A DNA stretch of 64,000 nt from a virus, in IMG/VR virus record IMGVR_UViG_3300028195_000001, positions 1 through 64,000 of that record; one strand, written 5' to 3'. The notes below the pieces were generated by a model. That model was not told the origin of the DNA, made no database searches, and saw only the letters and a list, made by a program, of their open reading frames with translations. Positions 16,641 through 25,500 of the stretch are shown here, piece by piece. The translations under genes were made by a program, and so were the position numbers. Within the stretch, counting starts at the first letter, position 1. Each line of letters opens with the position of its first letter.

Positions 16641-18205
16641 TAGGAATTCTCCTTCATGCTTTCAGCAATTGCGAAAGCTGCGCCCATTCGGGCTGATTCA
16701 CGTTGGAAGATAGAAGCAACAAGGTCGGTTAGTTGCTCATTATCTGTGTATTCGTTAGCAATAACAGATAGTTTATCAATAACATCAGCAATCGTTTGTG
16801 ATGTTATCCCATTATCGTTTTCTGCTAACCCAAGTTCTACTAAACGATCACGTCCAGGTCGCTCGATTTTGAACGTTGTCGTGTAGGCTTGAATGAACTG
16901 TCCGGTTTGTTCGTCTGCACCAAATCGTGAGACATACCCAACTAACGGGTAACTGATTAGGTTATCCAACAGGTAATCAAGGTGAGTGACCGGGCATTCT
17001 TCAATCTGTGTATCAAAGCAACTATCACAAACTGAGAAACCTTCACCGTCAACGTACTGAGTATTTTCTTCTAACGTCCACTCATCACAGCACCCACAAG
17101 ATATTGCAACTTCTTCGATACAATCGTTGCAGTAGCACGTATCCCATTCATCGACTGAGAACATATTGTCTATGTTACCGATGTCACCACAATGTTCGCA
17201 ACGGCGGAATTGAGAAGAGTCATAGTAACCTTCCAGGTAATACGCGCCATCTACCTCAATGTAGTCATCACCTTCAAAGATCAGTTCTCCGCTGACTTCA
17301 CACGTTCCAATTACATCGTCTTGCCAGTGAAAATCATACTCATCGTAATCTTCAATCTCACCCTTACGTCCGATCAAAATGCCGCAAGAGTTATTGATGT
17401 ATAATGTCCCACAAGCGTCGCCATTGTTACGCAGGCTAATTTTCTTGTAGGTATATTCAGTACCTAACCATTGGGAGATCAATTGACCCAGGTATAATGT
17501 TTGGTCGCCCCAAACGTTTGGCCCGTACCCGTTAAAGAGTAGTATACTGTCCTCACAAACTTCGTCAAAAGCTACCCAAGCTCTCCCAACACCGTCACCA
17601 TTATCAAGGGTTGCTGTACCTTCCCGATAGACTTTAAGCGCCCATGCTGAGTGGTTTTCCATAATAGTACGTGCTTCGTTACGTCCACCCCAAAAGCACG
17701 AACCTCTATCACCAAAGTCACCAGCTTCCCAGTCGAAAGAGTTGTCAAAACAGAACACCATCGGAATGTTAGCTACGCTATGACGTGAACCTTCCTCTCC
17801 AAGAATTTGGAGAAGGTTGCCTTTGAACTTCCGTCCGTTATCGTGTGTATAATCGAGATGGAACTTCTTCAAACTGATAAGGTTTTCATAACGCTTGTGA
17901 TAATAAGCACCAATACGCTTGGATAACTTACCACTAACCTTATGTTCTTTCTTATCCCCTGGAATATGGAAAACATATTCCCCCACCAGCGCCCAGTCCC
18001 ACTCAGTCGGGAGCTTAGGGATGAACTTAAAGCCATGCTTATCCCACCATTCTTTAGACACACCTGTTGTTTGATCTTCCAAGTAGATCGTGTCTAAAAG
18101 TTGGCGGAGTAGGATTTGACCTTCCTCTGTTACTGCATGAACGCTTGGTGTGTAAGTGTAACGTTCACGTACATGAATATCACTGATTCGCAGATTATTA
18201 ATCAT
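16640..18205 (-). CDS. hypothetical protein with a C-terminal Cys-rich region; motif-level paralog of 18262..19101
   Basis: 521 aa. LPTEWDW, GRAWVAF..SILLFNGYG and EYTYKKISLRNNG parallel LPREWKWDW, GRCLIK..VHLILNGYS and EYRRVEVYNKG in the next gene. C-terminus has CEHCG..CYCNDC..CGCC..CDSC. Confidence 0.55.
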   Translation of the reverse strand: MINNLRISDIHVRERYTYTPSVHAVTEEGQILLRQLLDTIYLEDQTTGVSKEWWDKHGFKFIPKLPTEWDWALVGEYVFHIPGDKKEHKVSGKLSKRIGAYYHKRYENLISLKKFHLDYTHDNGRKFKGNLLQILGEEGSRHSVANIPMVFCFDNSFDWEAGDFGDRGSCFWGGRNEARTIMENHSAWALKVYREGTATLDNGDGVGRAWVAFDEVCEDSILLFNGYGPNVWGDQTLYLGQLISQWLGTEYTYKKISLRNNGDACGTLYINNSCGILIGRKGEIEDYDEYDFHWQDDVIGTCEVSGELIFEGDDYIEVDGAYYLEGYYDSSQFRRCEHCGDIGNIDNMFSVDEWDTCYCNDCIEEVAISCGCCDEWTLEENTQYVDGEGFSVCDSCFDTQIEECPVTHLDYLLDNLISYPLVGYVSRFGADEQTGQFIQAYTTTFKIERPGRDRLVELGLAENDNGITSQTIADVIDKLSVIANEYTDNEQLTDLVASIFQRESARMGAAFAIAESMKENS

Positions 18206-18237
18206 TAGATTTTGTTCTCCCTTGCGTCGATAGATAG

Positions 18238-18265
18238 ATTATACCAGATTACACAGTGATGTCAA
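18238..18265 (-). promoter_or_regulatory. sigma70-type promoter (TTGACA-N16-TGgTATAAT)
   Basis: Minus strand: TTGACA 18260-18265 (overlapping the stop of 18262..19101), 16-nt spacer, consensus TATAAT 18238-18243, preceded by TGG. Confidence 0.7.
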
Positions 18266-19101
18266 CGTGCTTTTGGAGTGCTTAACTGAAGGTCAATTCT
18301 TTCTTCAGTTACTCTTTCAAGTCGTTCTGTTGAACCTACCAAATACCCAGTAGGACGTTGGGTATCAGCTACGGTATCCCAAGTTAATTGAATGGCGAAC
18401 CTTCCGGTATACGTACCCTTGTTGTACACTTCCACTCGTCTGTACTCCCCCTCTGTGTAAGAACACAAGATACGAGCAAACAAACGCGATTGTCTGGTAG
18501 TTGACGTGAATGAGTAACCATTCAGGATAAGATGAACACCTTGAATGGGGTAGTTACGTTTGATAAGACATCTACCATATGCTCCGTATGCTTTGTTTAC
18601 CAAAATGCTCTTACGATCACTTTCACTCAGGCCGTTGAACCCGTCGCTACCCCAACCTGGCGCAACCACCACTTCATCTCGTACACCGTTTGAATATATA
18701 CTCATGTATTCACCGTCTACTTCCTGCCAGATTTCTGGCATACGTCTGGAAGTCTCCCACTCAGGAGATTCATGATCGTTTGCTTGTCCTCTCCCGAAAA
18801 TCATCTCATTACTAATGACGAAGTGAGTGAAAGGTGATAGTTCTTCTTTGGCGAACAAACGTAGCATAACTGATTGACCACTAGACATTGTGTAACCTTG
18901 TGTCTCAAGTTCGTGTTCAATACGATTCCCGATTGTGCCTAAACCTGGAATGTACCAGTCCCATTTCCATTCGCGGGGTAAGTTCACTCCCCACGTTTCG
19001 GTAAGGAACTGCCGAATCTGAGACTTAGCCGCATCTGGTATAAGCAAACGTCGCTCATTACTACCATCATAGTACACCGGATAGAACTTATAGAGTTCCA
19101 T
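18262..19101 (-). CDS. hypothetical protein, motif-level paralog of 16640..18205
   Basis: 279-aa track ORF. See the shared motifs listed for 16640..18205. Confidence 0.55.
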   Translation of the reverse strand: MELYKFYPVYYDGSNERRLLIPDAAKSQIRQFLTETWGVNLPREWKWDWYIPGLGTIGNRIEHELETQGYTMSSGQSVMLRLFAKEELSPFTHFVISNEMIFGRGQANDHESPEWETSRRMPEIWQEVDGEYMSIYSNGVRDEVVVAPGWGSDGFNGLSESDRKSILVNKAYGAYGRCLIKRNYPIQGVHLILNGYSFTSTTRQSRLFARILCSYTEGEYRRVEVYNKGTYTGRFAIQLTWDTVADTQRPTGYLVGSTERLERVTEERIDLQLSTPKAR

Positions 19102-19103
19102 TA

Positions 19104-19406
19104 TCAGTCATTCTCCAACGTTATTTGCCGATAAAAACCATACGTTTCTTCTCGTATGATACGGGCAGGAACTAACTTTTGTGCAGCTTTTCTCAAAGCT
19201 GGTAATTCCCACTCAGTCATTTTACCAGCAACAATTATAGCATGATCGAAATGAGCAACGTCGAGTCGCCCCTGTGGTGTGTCGAAAGATTTTCGCCAGC
19301 ATTCCCCTAACGTAAACGAATGGTCACGTTCAAACTTTTTCTTGAACATGGGGGTGTTGCTGAGATGTACTCTTGCCCACATAGCTAACCCGGTGAGTTT
19401 AACCAT
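19104..19406 (-). CDS. hypothetical protein
   Basis: 100-aa track ORF. AAGGAG lies 6 nt upstream. Confidence 0.55.
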   Translation of the reverse strand: MVKLTGLAMWARVHLSNTPMFKKKFERDHSFTLGECWRKSFDTPQGRLDVAHFDHAIIVAGKMTEWELPALRKAAQKLVPARIIREETYGFYRQITLEND

Positions 19407-19755
19407 GCTTTGCTCCTTTCTTTTTGAAGTACCTTTGGTACAACGCTTCCATCCAGATTACATCGTCATGATCGGGAGGTAGTACCGCGTTCTTATGAGG
19501 AACGTTATACCAACTGTTATCCGAACTACGGGAGTAAACATGCACACCATCCCGGAAAACAAATCCACTTCTTGTCATGAAGTAGGGTTGGATATACTTT
19601 CTGTTACATCGGTGTGCCAACGTTTTTCGTATGTACATCGGCAGGAAAACGAGAATACGTTCTGGTCTACCTTTCTTGCTCATAGGATTGGGTAGACGAT
19701 GTTTTCTTTTTGCCCTTTGTTCTCCCACGCTTTTGACTTTGGACTTGCCTTTCAT
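19399..19755 (-). CDS. hypothetical highly basic protein
   Basis: 118-aa track ORF. Start context is CAGGAGAGACTTCTAATG. It overlaps the 3' end of 19667..20191 by 89 nt in another frame. Confidence 0.5.
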   Translation of the reverse strand: MKGKSKVKSVGEQRAKRKHRLPNPMSKKGRPERILVFLPMYIRKTLAHRCNRKYIQPYFMTRSGFVFRDGVHVYSRSSDNSWYNVPHKNAVLPPDHDDVIWMEALYQRYFKKKGAKHG

Positions 19756-20191
19756 TAGAAGTCTCTCCTGTTAGAGCGCCACTGGTTGCAGTAAATACTT
19801 GATCTGCAAACCTTTGCAGCCGAATGTTTTGAGTATGTAACTTCCTATTAGCTGCGTCCTTATCAGCTAATTCCATACGTAGTCGTCTAAGTTCTTGGTC
19901 ACGTTGTGTGTAACCCTGCAATATTGTTACATCATCTTCGGATAAATCCAGGTCACTTAACCCATGACGTTCCAATAATGGACGTGTTAGTGTGGGTGGT
20001 AACTTAGGTGGCCTATCCCGATACACAACCTTTGACTTCGGTGCTTGTTTATTAAGAGCGGAATCCCGTCCGCCCCTGATAGAATAAATAAGCACCCCCA
20101 TAAATGACCAGAGTGTGAACAATTCTATTGCACCAGCCCCCGCCAATGCAATACACCCGCACACCCATACCATAGTTATGAGGGTGGTCAT
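19667..20191 (-). CDS. hypothetical membrane protein (2 N-terminal TM segments, basic C-terminus)
   Basis: Track ORF 19667..20194 starts at GTG; an ATG is adjacent at 20189-20191. The N-terminus MTTLITMVWVCGCIALAGAGAIELFTLWSFMGVLIYSI is hydrophobic. Confidence 0.5.
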   Translation of the reverse strand: MTTLITMVWVCGCIALAGAGAIELFTLWSFMGVLIYSIRGGRDSALNKQAPKSKVVYRDRPPKLPPTLTRPLLERHGLSDLDLSEDDVTILQGYTQRDQELRRLRMELADKDAANRKLHTQNIRLQRFADQVFTATSGALTGETSNERQVQSQKRGRTKGKKKTSSTQSYEQER

Positions 20192-20193
20192 CA

Positions 20194-20631
20194 CTAGAAT
20201 TCCTCCGCAATACGTTTGATAGTGGGGAGGTCAACGCCAGAGATTATGACGTTGGGAAGTTTGGCAGGAGCTTTTTCGGTAGGTACACCCCAACCACTGA
20301 TTTTCTGACTATCGTTCTGGTACATGGTGAGGAAGGAACGTCCGTTGATTGCCCAAACACCTTTCTCTTTGTCATCCCAGTCACCGCAGTAGTCCTCATT
20401 GGCATCTACCACGATAACCTTGCCATCATTCTTCTGTTGTTCAACAACCTTGTGAACGTTATCCCGCAGGGTGATCGGAACGAGTACCGCTTTCTTGCCG
20501 GTATCCTTGACCACGATTTTTTTGGCGTGACCGGGAACACGTACCACCGGTACGCAAGGAAGGGGTTTGCCGTTACGTGCCATAGGTAATTCCTTTTCTT
20601 TGTTTGCGCCGTTCAGGTACAGATATAACAT
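20194..20631 (-). CDS. hypothetical protein
   Basis: 145-aa track ORF. AAGGAG lies 8 nt upstream of ATG 20629-20631. An alternative start at 20583 also has an SD. Confidence 0.55.
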   Translation of the reverse strand: MLYLYLNGANKEKELPMARNGKPLPCVPVVRVPGHAKKIVVKDTGKKAVLVPITLRDNVHKVVEQQKNDGKVIVVDANEDYCGDWDDKEKGVWAINGRSFLTMYQNDSQKISGWGVPTEKAPAKLPNVIISGVDLPTIKRIAEEF

Positions 20632-20674
20632 GATTGAAACTCCTTAGATTGATTAGATTTTTGCTGCCAGAACT

Positions 20675-20703
20675 ATCCTACCACAGGTCGGTTTCGGTGT
20701 CAA
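20675..20703 (-). promoter_or_regulatory. sigma70-type promoter (TTGACA-N17-TGgTAGGAT)
   Basis: Minus strand: TTGACA 20698-20703 (inside the end of 20678..21013), 17-nt spacer ending CCTGTGG, TAGGAT 20675-20680. Confidence 0.55.
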
Positions 20704-21013
20704 GTTTTTGCTCCACCAATAACATACCTGCGCTGTATCGGAACGTGATATTATCATCCGTGTATTCCAGGGGCGGGTTATACCGCTGAAATATTTGATG
20801 GATGAACGAAAGGTACAACTGCATCGGTGTAGCACCATGTATCTTGATGTATCTGTTGTCCATACACTTTCGCGCTTCATTAGACGCGGTAGCTACAATG
20901 GTATGGGGTGGGTATACTTCCACAAATAACCCTTGTGCATGATGCTTGTAGTATTCCCCTGTGTCTTTACTCAGTACATCAAGTAACAAGCCTACCTCAT
21001 GTGGTACATCCAT
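20678..21013 (-). CDS. hypothetical protein
   Basis: Track ORF 20678..21073. Start moved to ATG 21011-21013 (MDVPHEV), with GGAAGGAA 6 nt upstream, just after the upstream TAG. Confidence 0.5.
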   Translation of the reverse strand: MDVPHEVGLLLDVLSKDTGEYYKHHAQGLFVEVYPPHTIVATASNEARKCMDNRYIKIHGATPMQLYLSFIHQIFQRYNPPLEYTDDNITFRYSAGMLLVEQKLDTETDLW

Positions 21014-21014
21014 A

Positions 21015-21428
21015 CTACATTCCTTCCGGCTGTTTGCCGTTATCGTCATCGTCAGTGACAACGTTGTCATCATCGTCTAAGCTGTCATCATCAAACAGAG
21101 TTTCGTTCACAAACGACGACCAGGGTGAATTTTGCTCTGCTTCATCACGTTGTAACAAGGCGGAAATTTCTTGAAACAAACGTGTGACAACTTCCTTCGC
21201 ACTTTCTTCGTCATCCGGCCATGCCCATACTAAGGCCAACCGAAGGTAAAAGGTGTTGGAGTTGCTACCTTTGCGAATTTGGTTAACATATGTGTTGCTC
21301 CGCAGGAATTCCACAATTCTATCCTCATACTCCTGTAGAATTTCACATTCAACCAACCACTGAGCTTTGTTCTTACGTGCGTCCAAACGCACATCAGTTA
21401 CCACGAACACTTTAGGTTGTAACGGCAT
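21015..21428 (-). CDS. hypothetical protein with a poly-acidic C-terminus
   Basis: Track ORF 21015..21443. ATG 21426-21428 (MPLQPKV) follows GAGAGGA. The tail is DDDSLDDDDNVVTDDDDNG. Confidence 0.5.
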   Translation of the reverse strand: MPLQPKVFVVTDVRLDARKNKAQWLVECEILQEYEDRIVEFLRSNTYVNQIRKGSNSNTFYLRLALVWAWPDDEESAKEVVTRLFQEISALLQRDEAEQNSPWSSFVNETLFDDDSLDDDDNVVTDDDDNGKQPEGM

Positions 21429-21912
21429 CTGTAGTCCTCTCAACTAATTTCTTAAATGCGCCCCATACAGACGCACTATAGGCTTGCGTGCTAAAATCAT
21501 GAAGGTCAAGCTGTCTAAACGTATCGGCTAAGTGTACCTTGATTAACCTCCAATGGTTGCCGAAGGTAGACCTTCCCCCATAAATAACGCTATCATCTTC
21601 CGGGGAATAAGCGATTACATCCGGCCATTCCCATTTGTCATTCCAAGACTTATGCCCACCTCTTTGATATACATTCTGGTGATTGGGAAATACTTCACCA
21701 TCTGCATAACGTTTCGCCATGTTAGTGTGTCGCTTGGTAGTGATGCTTATCTCTGTTTTAAGCAGATAACGTTTCCCTTCTACAGTACGGCCTATCTCTT
21801 GGTTGAATGAGAAAAGACTCCCACCTTCTGAACGTAAGTTCTTTACCCGTCCTTCTCTACCTTCTGCCCAAGCTCGAATTACGTCCGCGTTTCTCCTTAA
21901 CCATTTTACCAT
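21412..21912 (-). CDS. hypothetical protein
   Basis: 166-aa track ORF with a CTAATG start overlapping the upstream stop. Confidence 0.55.
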   Translation of the reverse strand: MVKWLRRNADVIRAWAEGREGRVKNLRSEGGSLFSFNQEIGRTVEGKRYLLKTEISITTKRHTNMAKRYADGEVFPNHQNVYQRGGHKSWNDKWEWPDVIAYSPEDDSVIYGGRSTFGNHWRLIKVHLADTFRQLDLHDFSTQAYSASVWGAFKKLVERTTDAVTT

Positions 21913-22625
21913 TAGTGTACCCCACGACGACTAACGTTTAAGCCCCAAACATCATCTCCTATACGTTTCTCTATTAATCGCATAGCTTTAACAGAGGTAG
22001 GAGCATAATATGTCATAGGGTAGAAACCGGGATTGATACTCAAGTACCCGCAGATTGTGGTTTTGTTCAGGGTGTTTTTGACTAACCTGTGATAGAAGGT
22101 TATGTCCCACCCACCTTTCTGATGATGTCGGAAAATCGTATACACATCCCCATGACGAGTTTCAAACACAGTTGGCGTATTCCGTCGGTACAATTGCCAA
22201 ACGTGTTTGAACGAGTACATCGGCGGTGTTTCGGCTGTTACACGAAACAAACGACCTTGCCGGTCAATTTCTACCCCGATGGTAACGTCGCGATTGTGGT
22301 TCGCTAATACGTTTCGCTTTTGTCGAATAACACCAACAATTTTACGGGCTGTTTCCTCGGTGTACCAGCGTAATTCATGAGGACTTTTGTACAACGTTCT
22401 GTTGTTAGTTCGGTAAGCCAACCGCCGAACCAAATCCTTAAACATTGCCTGTTGTAGTTTATCGTCATAGAGACTCATCCCTGTGTAAGTCATCGAGTAC
22501 GTATCTTGAGGAAACACAGGTGTTACGTAGAATCTCTCAGAGTATACATTGTTACCAAACATAGATATATTTGGTAACATCTTCTTGGTATGGTACATAT
22601 TTAATTCGTACCTATCTACTTTCAT
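21912..22625 (-). CDS. hypothetical protein
   Basis: 237-aa track ORF. Start context is GGAGAAAATCTAATG. Confidence 0.55.
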   Translation of the reverse strand: MKVDRYELNMYHTKKMLPNISMFGNNVYSERFYVTPVFPQDTYSMTYTGMSLYDDKLQQAMFKDLVRRLAYRTNNRTLYKSPHELRWYTEETARKIVGVIRQKRNVLANHNRDVTIGVEIDRQGRLFRVTAETPPMYSFKHVWQLYRRNTPTVFETRHGDVYTIFRHHQKGGWDITFYHRLVKNTLNKTTICGYLSINPGFYPMTYYAPTSVKAMRLIEKRIGDDVWGLNVSRRGVH

Positions 22626-23167
22626 TAGATTTTCTCCATTAGATATGATATTGCTCTAGGTAAACCTATTCCAACAGAACGAATAGGTTGTCGGATATGC
22701 ACATCTGTTTCTACGTTAACTGCCCAAGTATCCCAGATACGTGAGTCCCGACGTTTGGCAAAGATGTCCCAATCACCTTCTCTCCATGTGGTATAAGATG
22801 GATGATTAGATAGGTGAACGTGGTTAGTTACTACAGGATGATGAACAGCTAGGCTCAAACAACGTATGTGCATAGCTACCAACTTACCCCCGTAAGCAAA
22901 CTCAAAACAACGCAACGTTCCCGGTGTACCTACAGTCCAAAACTGAGCCGGTAATTCATTCGTTCCTGTGTGAACATCGAGAGTATCAGGAAAATCTTCA
23001 CTTCTCCTTTTAATTTCCTGTTCACTTAATCCTAAACAACGGGTGGATTGGTAAAACGCTTTGATTAAATCCCGGCCTGTACCTACGTTGTAAACATTCC
23101 ACCAGTCTGTAGTAAACGTTCTGCCTAGTGAAACGCTTTGAACGTAAGACACTTTTTTGTAGATCAT
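22625..23167 (-). CDS. hypothetical protein
   Basis: Track ORF 22625..23182. ATG 23165-23167 gives an ATGA overlap with the upstream stop. Confidence 0.5.
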   Translation of the reverse strand: MIYKKVSYVQSVSLGRTFTTDWWNVYNVGTGRDLIKAFYQSTRCLGLSEQEIKRRSEDFPDTLDVHTGTNELPAQFWTVGTPGTLRCFEFAYGGKLVAMHIRCLSLAVHHPVVTNHVHLSNHPSYTTWREGDWDIFAKRRDSRIWDTWAVNVETDVHIRQPIRSVGIGLPRAISYLMEKI

Positions 23168-23430
23168 TGGAGCATCTTCCATAGCTTCTGGTACGTCCGG
23201 GCAACCAACTCACTACTCATACCAACTACCTTGAACTGCTTCCCAACAACCTTACGACTCCATGTGTCGTGTTCTATAACCGTGAGTCCTATTTCATCGG
23301 ACATACGTTCCCAACGATTGCCGGTATAAGATTTAGCTTTGGCTAAAAGATCGGGGTTAGCTTCTAACGTTCTGTGCATATTCCAGGCAATACACGAGCT
23401 TTTTTGGTCTTGCGATACACGGTCTTGCAT
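23164..23430 (-). CDS. hypothetical protein
   Basis: Track ORF 23164..23475 starts at TTG. ATG 23428-23430 is preceded by AAGGGAGTCTAAAATG. Confidence 0.5.
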   Translation of the reverse strand: MQDRVSQDQKSSCIAWNMHRTLEANPDLLAKAKSYTGNRWERMSDEIGLTVIEHDTWSRKVVGKQFKVVGMSSELVARTYQKLWKMLQ

Positions 23431-23461
23431 TTTAGACTCCCTTGATAGATTTTGATAGGTT

Positions 23462-23548
23462 TTAGCGTCGGTCAAACATGGACGCTACAATACGTAGACA
23501 CACTACAACCACCGCAAAAAGGATGATTGCGTTAATTACCATCTCCAT
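23462..23548 (-). CDS. possible 28-aa hydrophobic miniprotein
   Basis: My own translation is MEMVINAIILFAVVVVCLRIVASMFDRR. The start sits in GGGAGGTTCTAATG and overlaps the upstream TAA. One TM-length hydrophobic run. Confidence 0.35.
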   Translation of the reverse strand: MEMVINAIILFAVVVVCLRIVASMFDRR

Positions 23549-23829
23549 TAGAACCTCCCAACGTATGCCATTACCTGAGTGACCTTCGGCTTCCCATATC
23601 TAGGGTTAGTATCGGGTACAAATATTTTCCCGTAGACATGACCTCCAACTACGTAATACATTTCCCTAGCAAACGTAAACGTTGTCCCGATGGCGCTCAT
23701 TCCTTTCTCCATCTCGTCAATCTTTATCGCATGATTACGGACGATGTTTAACCATCCCGGCATCATGTTTGGTACAACCTTATACTCTTTCTCTCCTAGC
23801 ACCAATTTAGTCGGATACACATTAATCAT
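23548..23829 (-). CDS. hypothetical protein
   Basis: 93-aa track ORF with an ATGA overlap with the upstream gene. Confidence 0.55.
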   Translation of the reverse strand: MINVYPTKLVLGEKEYKVVPNMMPGWLNIVRNHAIKIDEMEKGMSAIGTTFTFAREMYYVVGGHVYGKIFVPDTNPRYGKPKVTQVMAYVGRF

Positions 23830-24116
23830 TTGTACACGTCCTTTGTTGATACAATAAAATAGGATACAATGTAAGGATTATGTAACGACCCAGAAAAATG
23901 ATAATCCATACGTATATACCCATCTTCTTGAATTTCTTCAAGCCTACCATTATACGAAGGTTGGAGGTCAAAGATGTCATCATGTATATCCCGGTAACAA
24001 TCTTTTAATGTTGTGGAACGTATCCGAAGAATATGCCATGATTTGATTACCCTTAAATCAGACGGAATACGCTCAGATAAAGGGTGAACATCAACTACAT
24101 AAATTGTATGAATCAT
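23826..24116 (-). CDS. small protein, possible distant member of the ERxIE array
   Basis: Track ORF to 24122 starts at GTG. ATG 24114-24116 follows AAGGGAG. STTLKDCYRDIHDDIF only loosely matches the family helix. Confidence 0.5.
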   Translation of the reverse strand: MIHTIYVVDVHPLSERIPSDLRVIKSWHILRIRSTTLKDCYRDIHDDIFDLQPSYNGRLEEIQEDGYIRMDYHFSGSLHNPYIVSYFIVSTKDVYK

Positions 24117-24128
24117 TCCCACTCCCTT

Positions 24129-24157
24129 AGTCTACCACAGGACGAAATTTCTGTCAA
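24129..24157 (-). promoter_or_regulatory. sigma70-type promoter (TTGACA-N17-TGgTAGACT) inside the paralog array
   Basis: Minus strand: TTGACA 24152-24157, 17-nt spacer ending CCTGTGG, TAGACT 24129-24134. Only 12 nt separate it from ATG 24116. Confidence 0.6.
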
Positions 24158-24161
24158 GTTC

Positions 24162-24440
24162 TTATACGGTGCATTCACGAATAATGAACGCGGTTTGTTG
24201 CTTGGGATTACCCGTCCAATCAGAATAGTATACACGACAACGTAGTACACTAACGCTTATTTGCGTATACTGTACACGTGTCTCCTTCCAATCGGCATGA
24301 ATGGAGCATTGATACAAGTAATCTTCAAACCAACGTATCACCTTTTTCTGTGTGTTGGATGAATATTGCCAAGTACCTCGTAGGATGTTAGATGGTTCTA
24401 CTACTGGCGCACCAGATTGAAGGTACAGCCTATATTTCAT
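24162..24440 (-). CDS. ERxIE-motif small protein, array member 9
   Basis: Start chosen at MKYRLYLQSG (ATG 24438-24440). The helix motif is NTQKKVIRWFEDYLYQ. Confidence 0.55.
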   Translation of the reverse strand: MKYRLYLQSGAPVVEPSNILRGTWQYSSNTQKKVIRWFEDYLYQCSIHADWKETRVQYTQISVSVLRCRVYYSDWTGNPKQQTAFIIRECTV

Positions 24441-24738
24441 ACCTACGCCCTTTCCCATAAACTATGTAATATGTAGATATACTGTGAGAATTGTTTGCAT
24501 GATTAAACTGTACATGGATACGAGTAACGTTAGGTGTATCTTGGAAACGTTCTAAAATTTGGGCGGAATCGTCCTCCCACTCATGACAAAGATTGTGAAT
24601 ATGGGTTTCGATAGCACGTTCAGCTTCTCGGTGCGTGTCGAAAGGAAACCCTCTTATCCAGACCGCCAAGTGTTCGGAATCTTCCCATGCTTTGCGACCC
24701 CAATACACATAGATACGATACTTCTTAGACATACTCAT
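24430..24738 (-). CDS. ERxIE-motif small protein, array member 8
   Basis: KKYRIYVYWG ... THREAERAIETHIHNL ... TRIHVQF. Confidence 0.6.
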   Translation of the reverse strand: MSMSKKYRIYVYWGRKAWEDSEHLAVWIRGFPFDTHREAERAIETHIHNLCHEWEDDSAQILERFQDTPNVTRIHVQFNHANNSHSISTYYIVYGKGRRYEI

Positions 24739-24994
24739 GGTATCGGTACTCCAAGACCAACCCTAAACAAGTATGTTTACAGGTATTGTTATCCCATTCA
24801 ACTTGGTCTACACCTGGACGATTCTGAAACTCACGTTCTATAAAACGTTGGATGTCTTGTTCTGTACCATTTTGGATTATCCAACAACGATTATTTTCCG
24901 CCGCTTGCTCAAACGTAATGAAGGAGTCGGCACGCTTTGCTATCGTCCATTGGTCGTGCCATAGGTAGTAGATAACCCATCTCTTAACCATCAT
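24725..24994 (-). CDS. ERxIE-motif small protein, array member 7
   Basis: Start moved to MMVKRWVIYYLW (AAGAGGAA upstream). TEQDIQRFIEREFQNR ... DQVEWDNNTC. Confidence 0.55.
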   Translation of the reverse strand: MMVKRWVIYYLWHDQWTIAKRADSFITFEQAAENNRCWIIQNGTEQDIQRFIEREFQNRPGVDQVEWDNNTCKHTCLGLVLEYRYHEYV

Positions 24995-25235
24995 GTTCCT
25001 CTTTGATAGCATACATAGTGTAATGACCAAAGTTACGACCACCCACTACAGTACAAGTAGATAGAAAACCTTCTGCTTTGCCCCATTGAACACGACTAAA
25101 ATTAAATAAAAGAACGTGTTCAATGTAACGTTCAACATCACGTAATGACGTTTGTGGTATACTGCGAGAGTAAAGAGATCGTTGGAACTTATCTTCTTGA
25201 TCGTGCTTAACGTATAGAACAAACATCTGCACCAT
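24984..25235 (-). CDS. ERxIE-motif small protein, array member 6
   Basis: Start moved to MVQMFVLYVKHD (GGAGGG upstream). TSLRDVERYIEHVLLF ... SRVQWG. Confidence 0.55.
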   Translation of the reverse strand: MVQMFVLYVKHDQEDKFQRSLYSRSIPQTSLRDVERYIEHVLLFNFSRVQWGKAEGFLSTCTVVGGRNFGHYTMYAIKEEHDG

Positions 25236-25236
25236 G

Positions 25237-25500
25237 TTAGTACACCCTCCACCAACTAACATAGACGAGTTCACCGACTACGTTGTACATATAACAAACG
25301 TTGTCATGCCATTCTACACGATGAATTAGTGATTGGCCATATAATTGCATGTCCCTTTCTATATAACGTTCTACGTTCTTATACGAACTAGCGCTAAAGT
25401 AGCGAAACGGGGAGATGTCGTAGTTAACTATCGCTCTTTCATTGTCAATACAAAACCGTACCCTTTCATCATCTGCCAACCATATCTCATATTCAGCCAT
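25237..25500 (-). CDS. ERxIE-motif small protein, array member 5
   Basis: Start moved to MAEYEIWLADD (GGAGGA upstream). SYKNVERYIERDMQLY ... HRVEWHDNVC. Confidence 0.55.
   Translation of the reverse strand: MAEYEIWLADDERVRFCIDNERAIVNYDISPFRYFSASSYKNVERYIERDMQLYGQSLIHRVEWHDNVCYMYNVVGELVYVSWWRVY

Noticed and set aside
20653-20880. 75-aa minus ORF overlapping 20678..21013
   Set aside because: It is an alternative frame of a longer ORF, and it would start inside the 20675-20703 promoter region with no SD.
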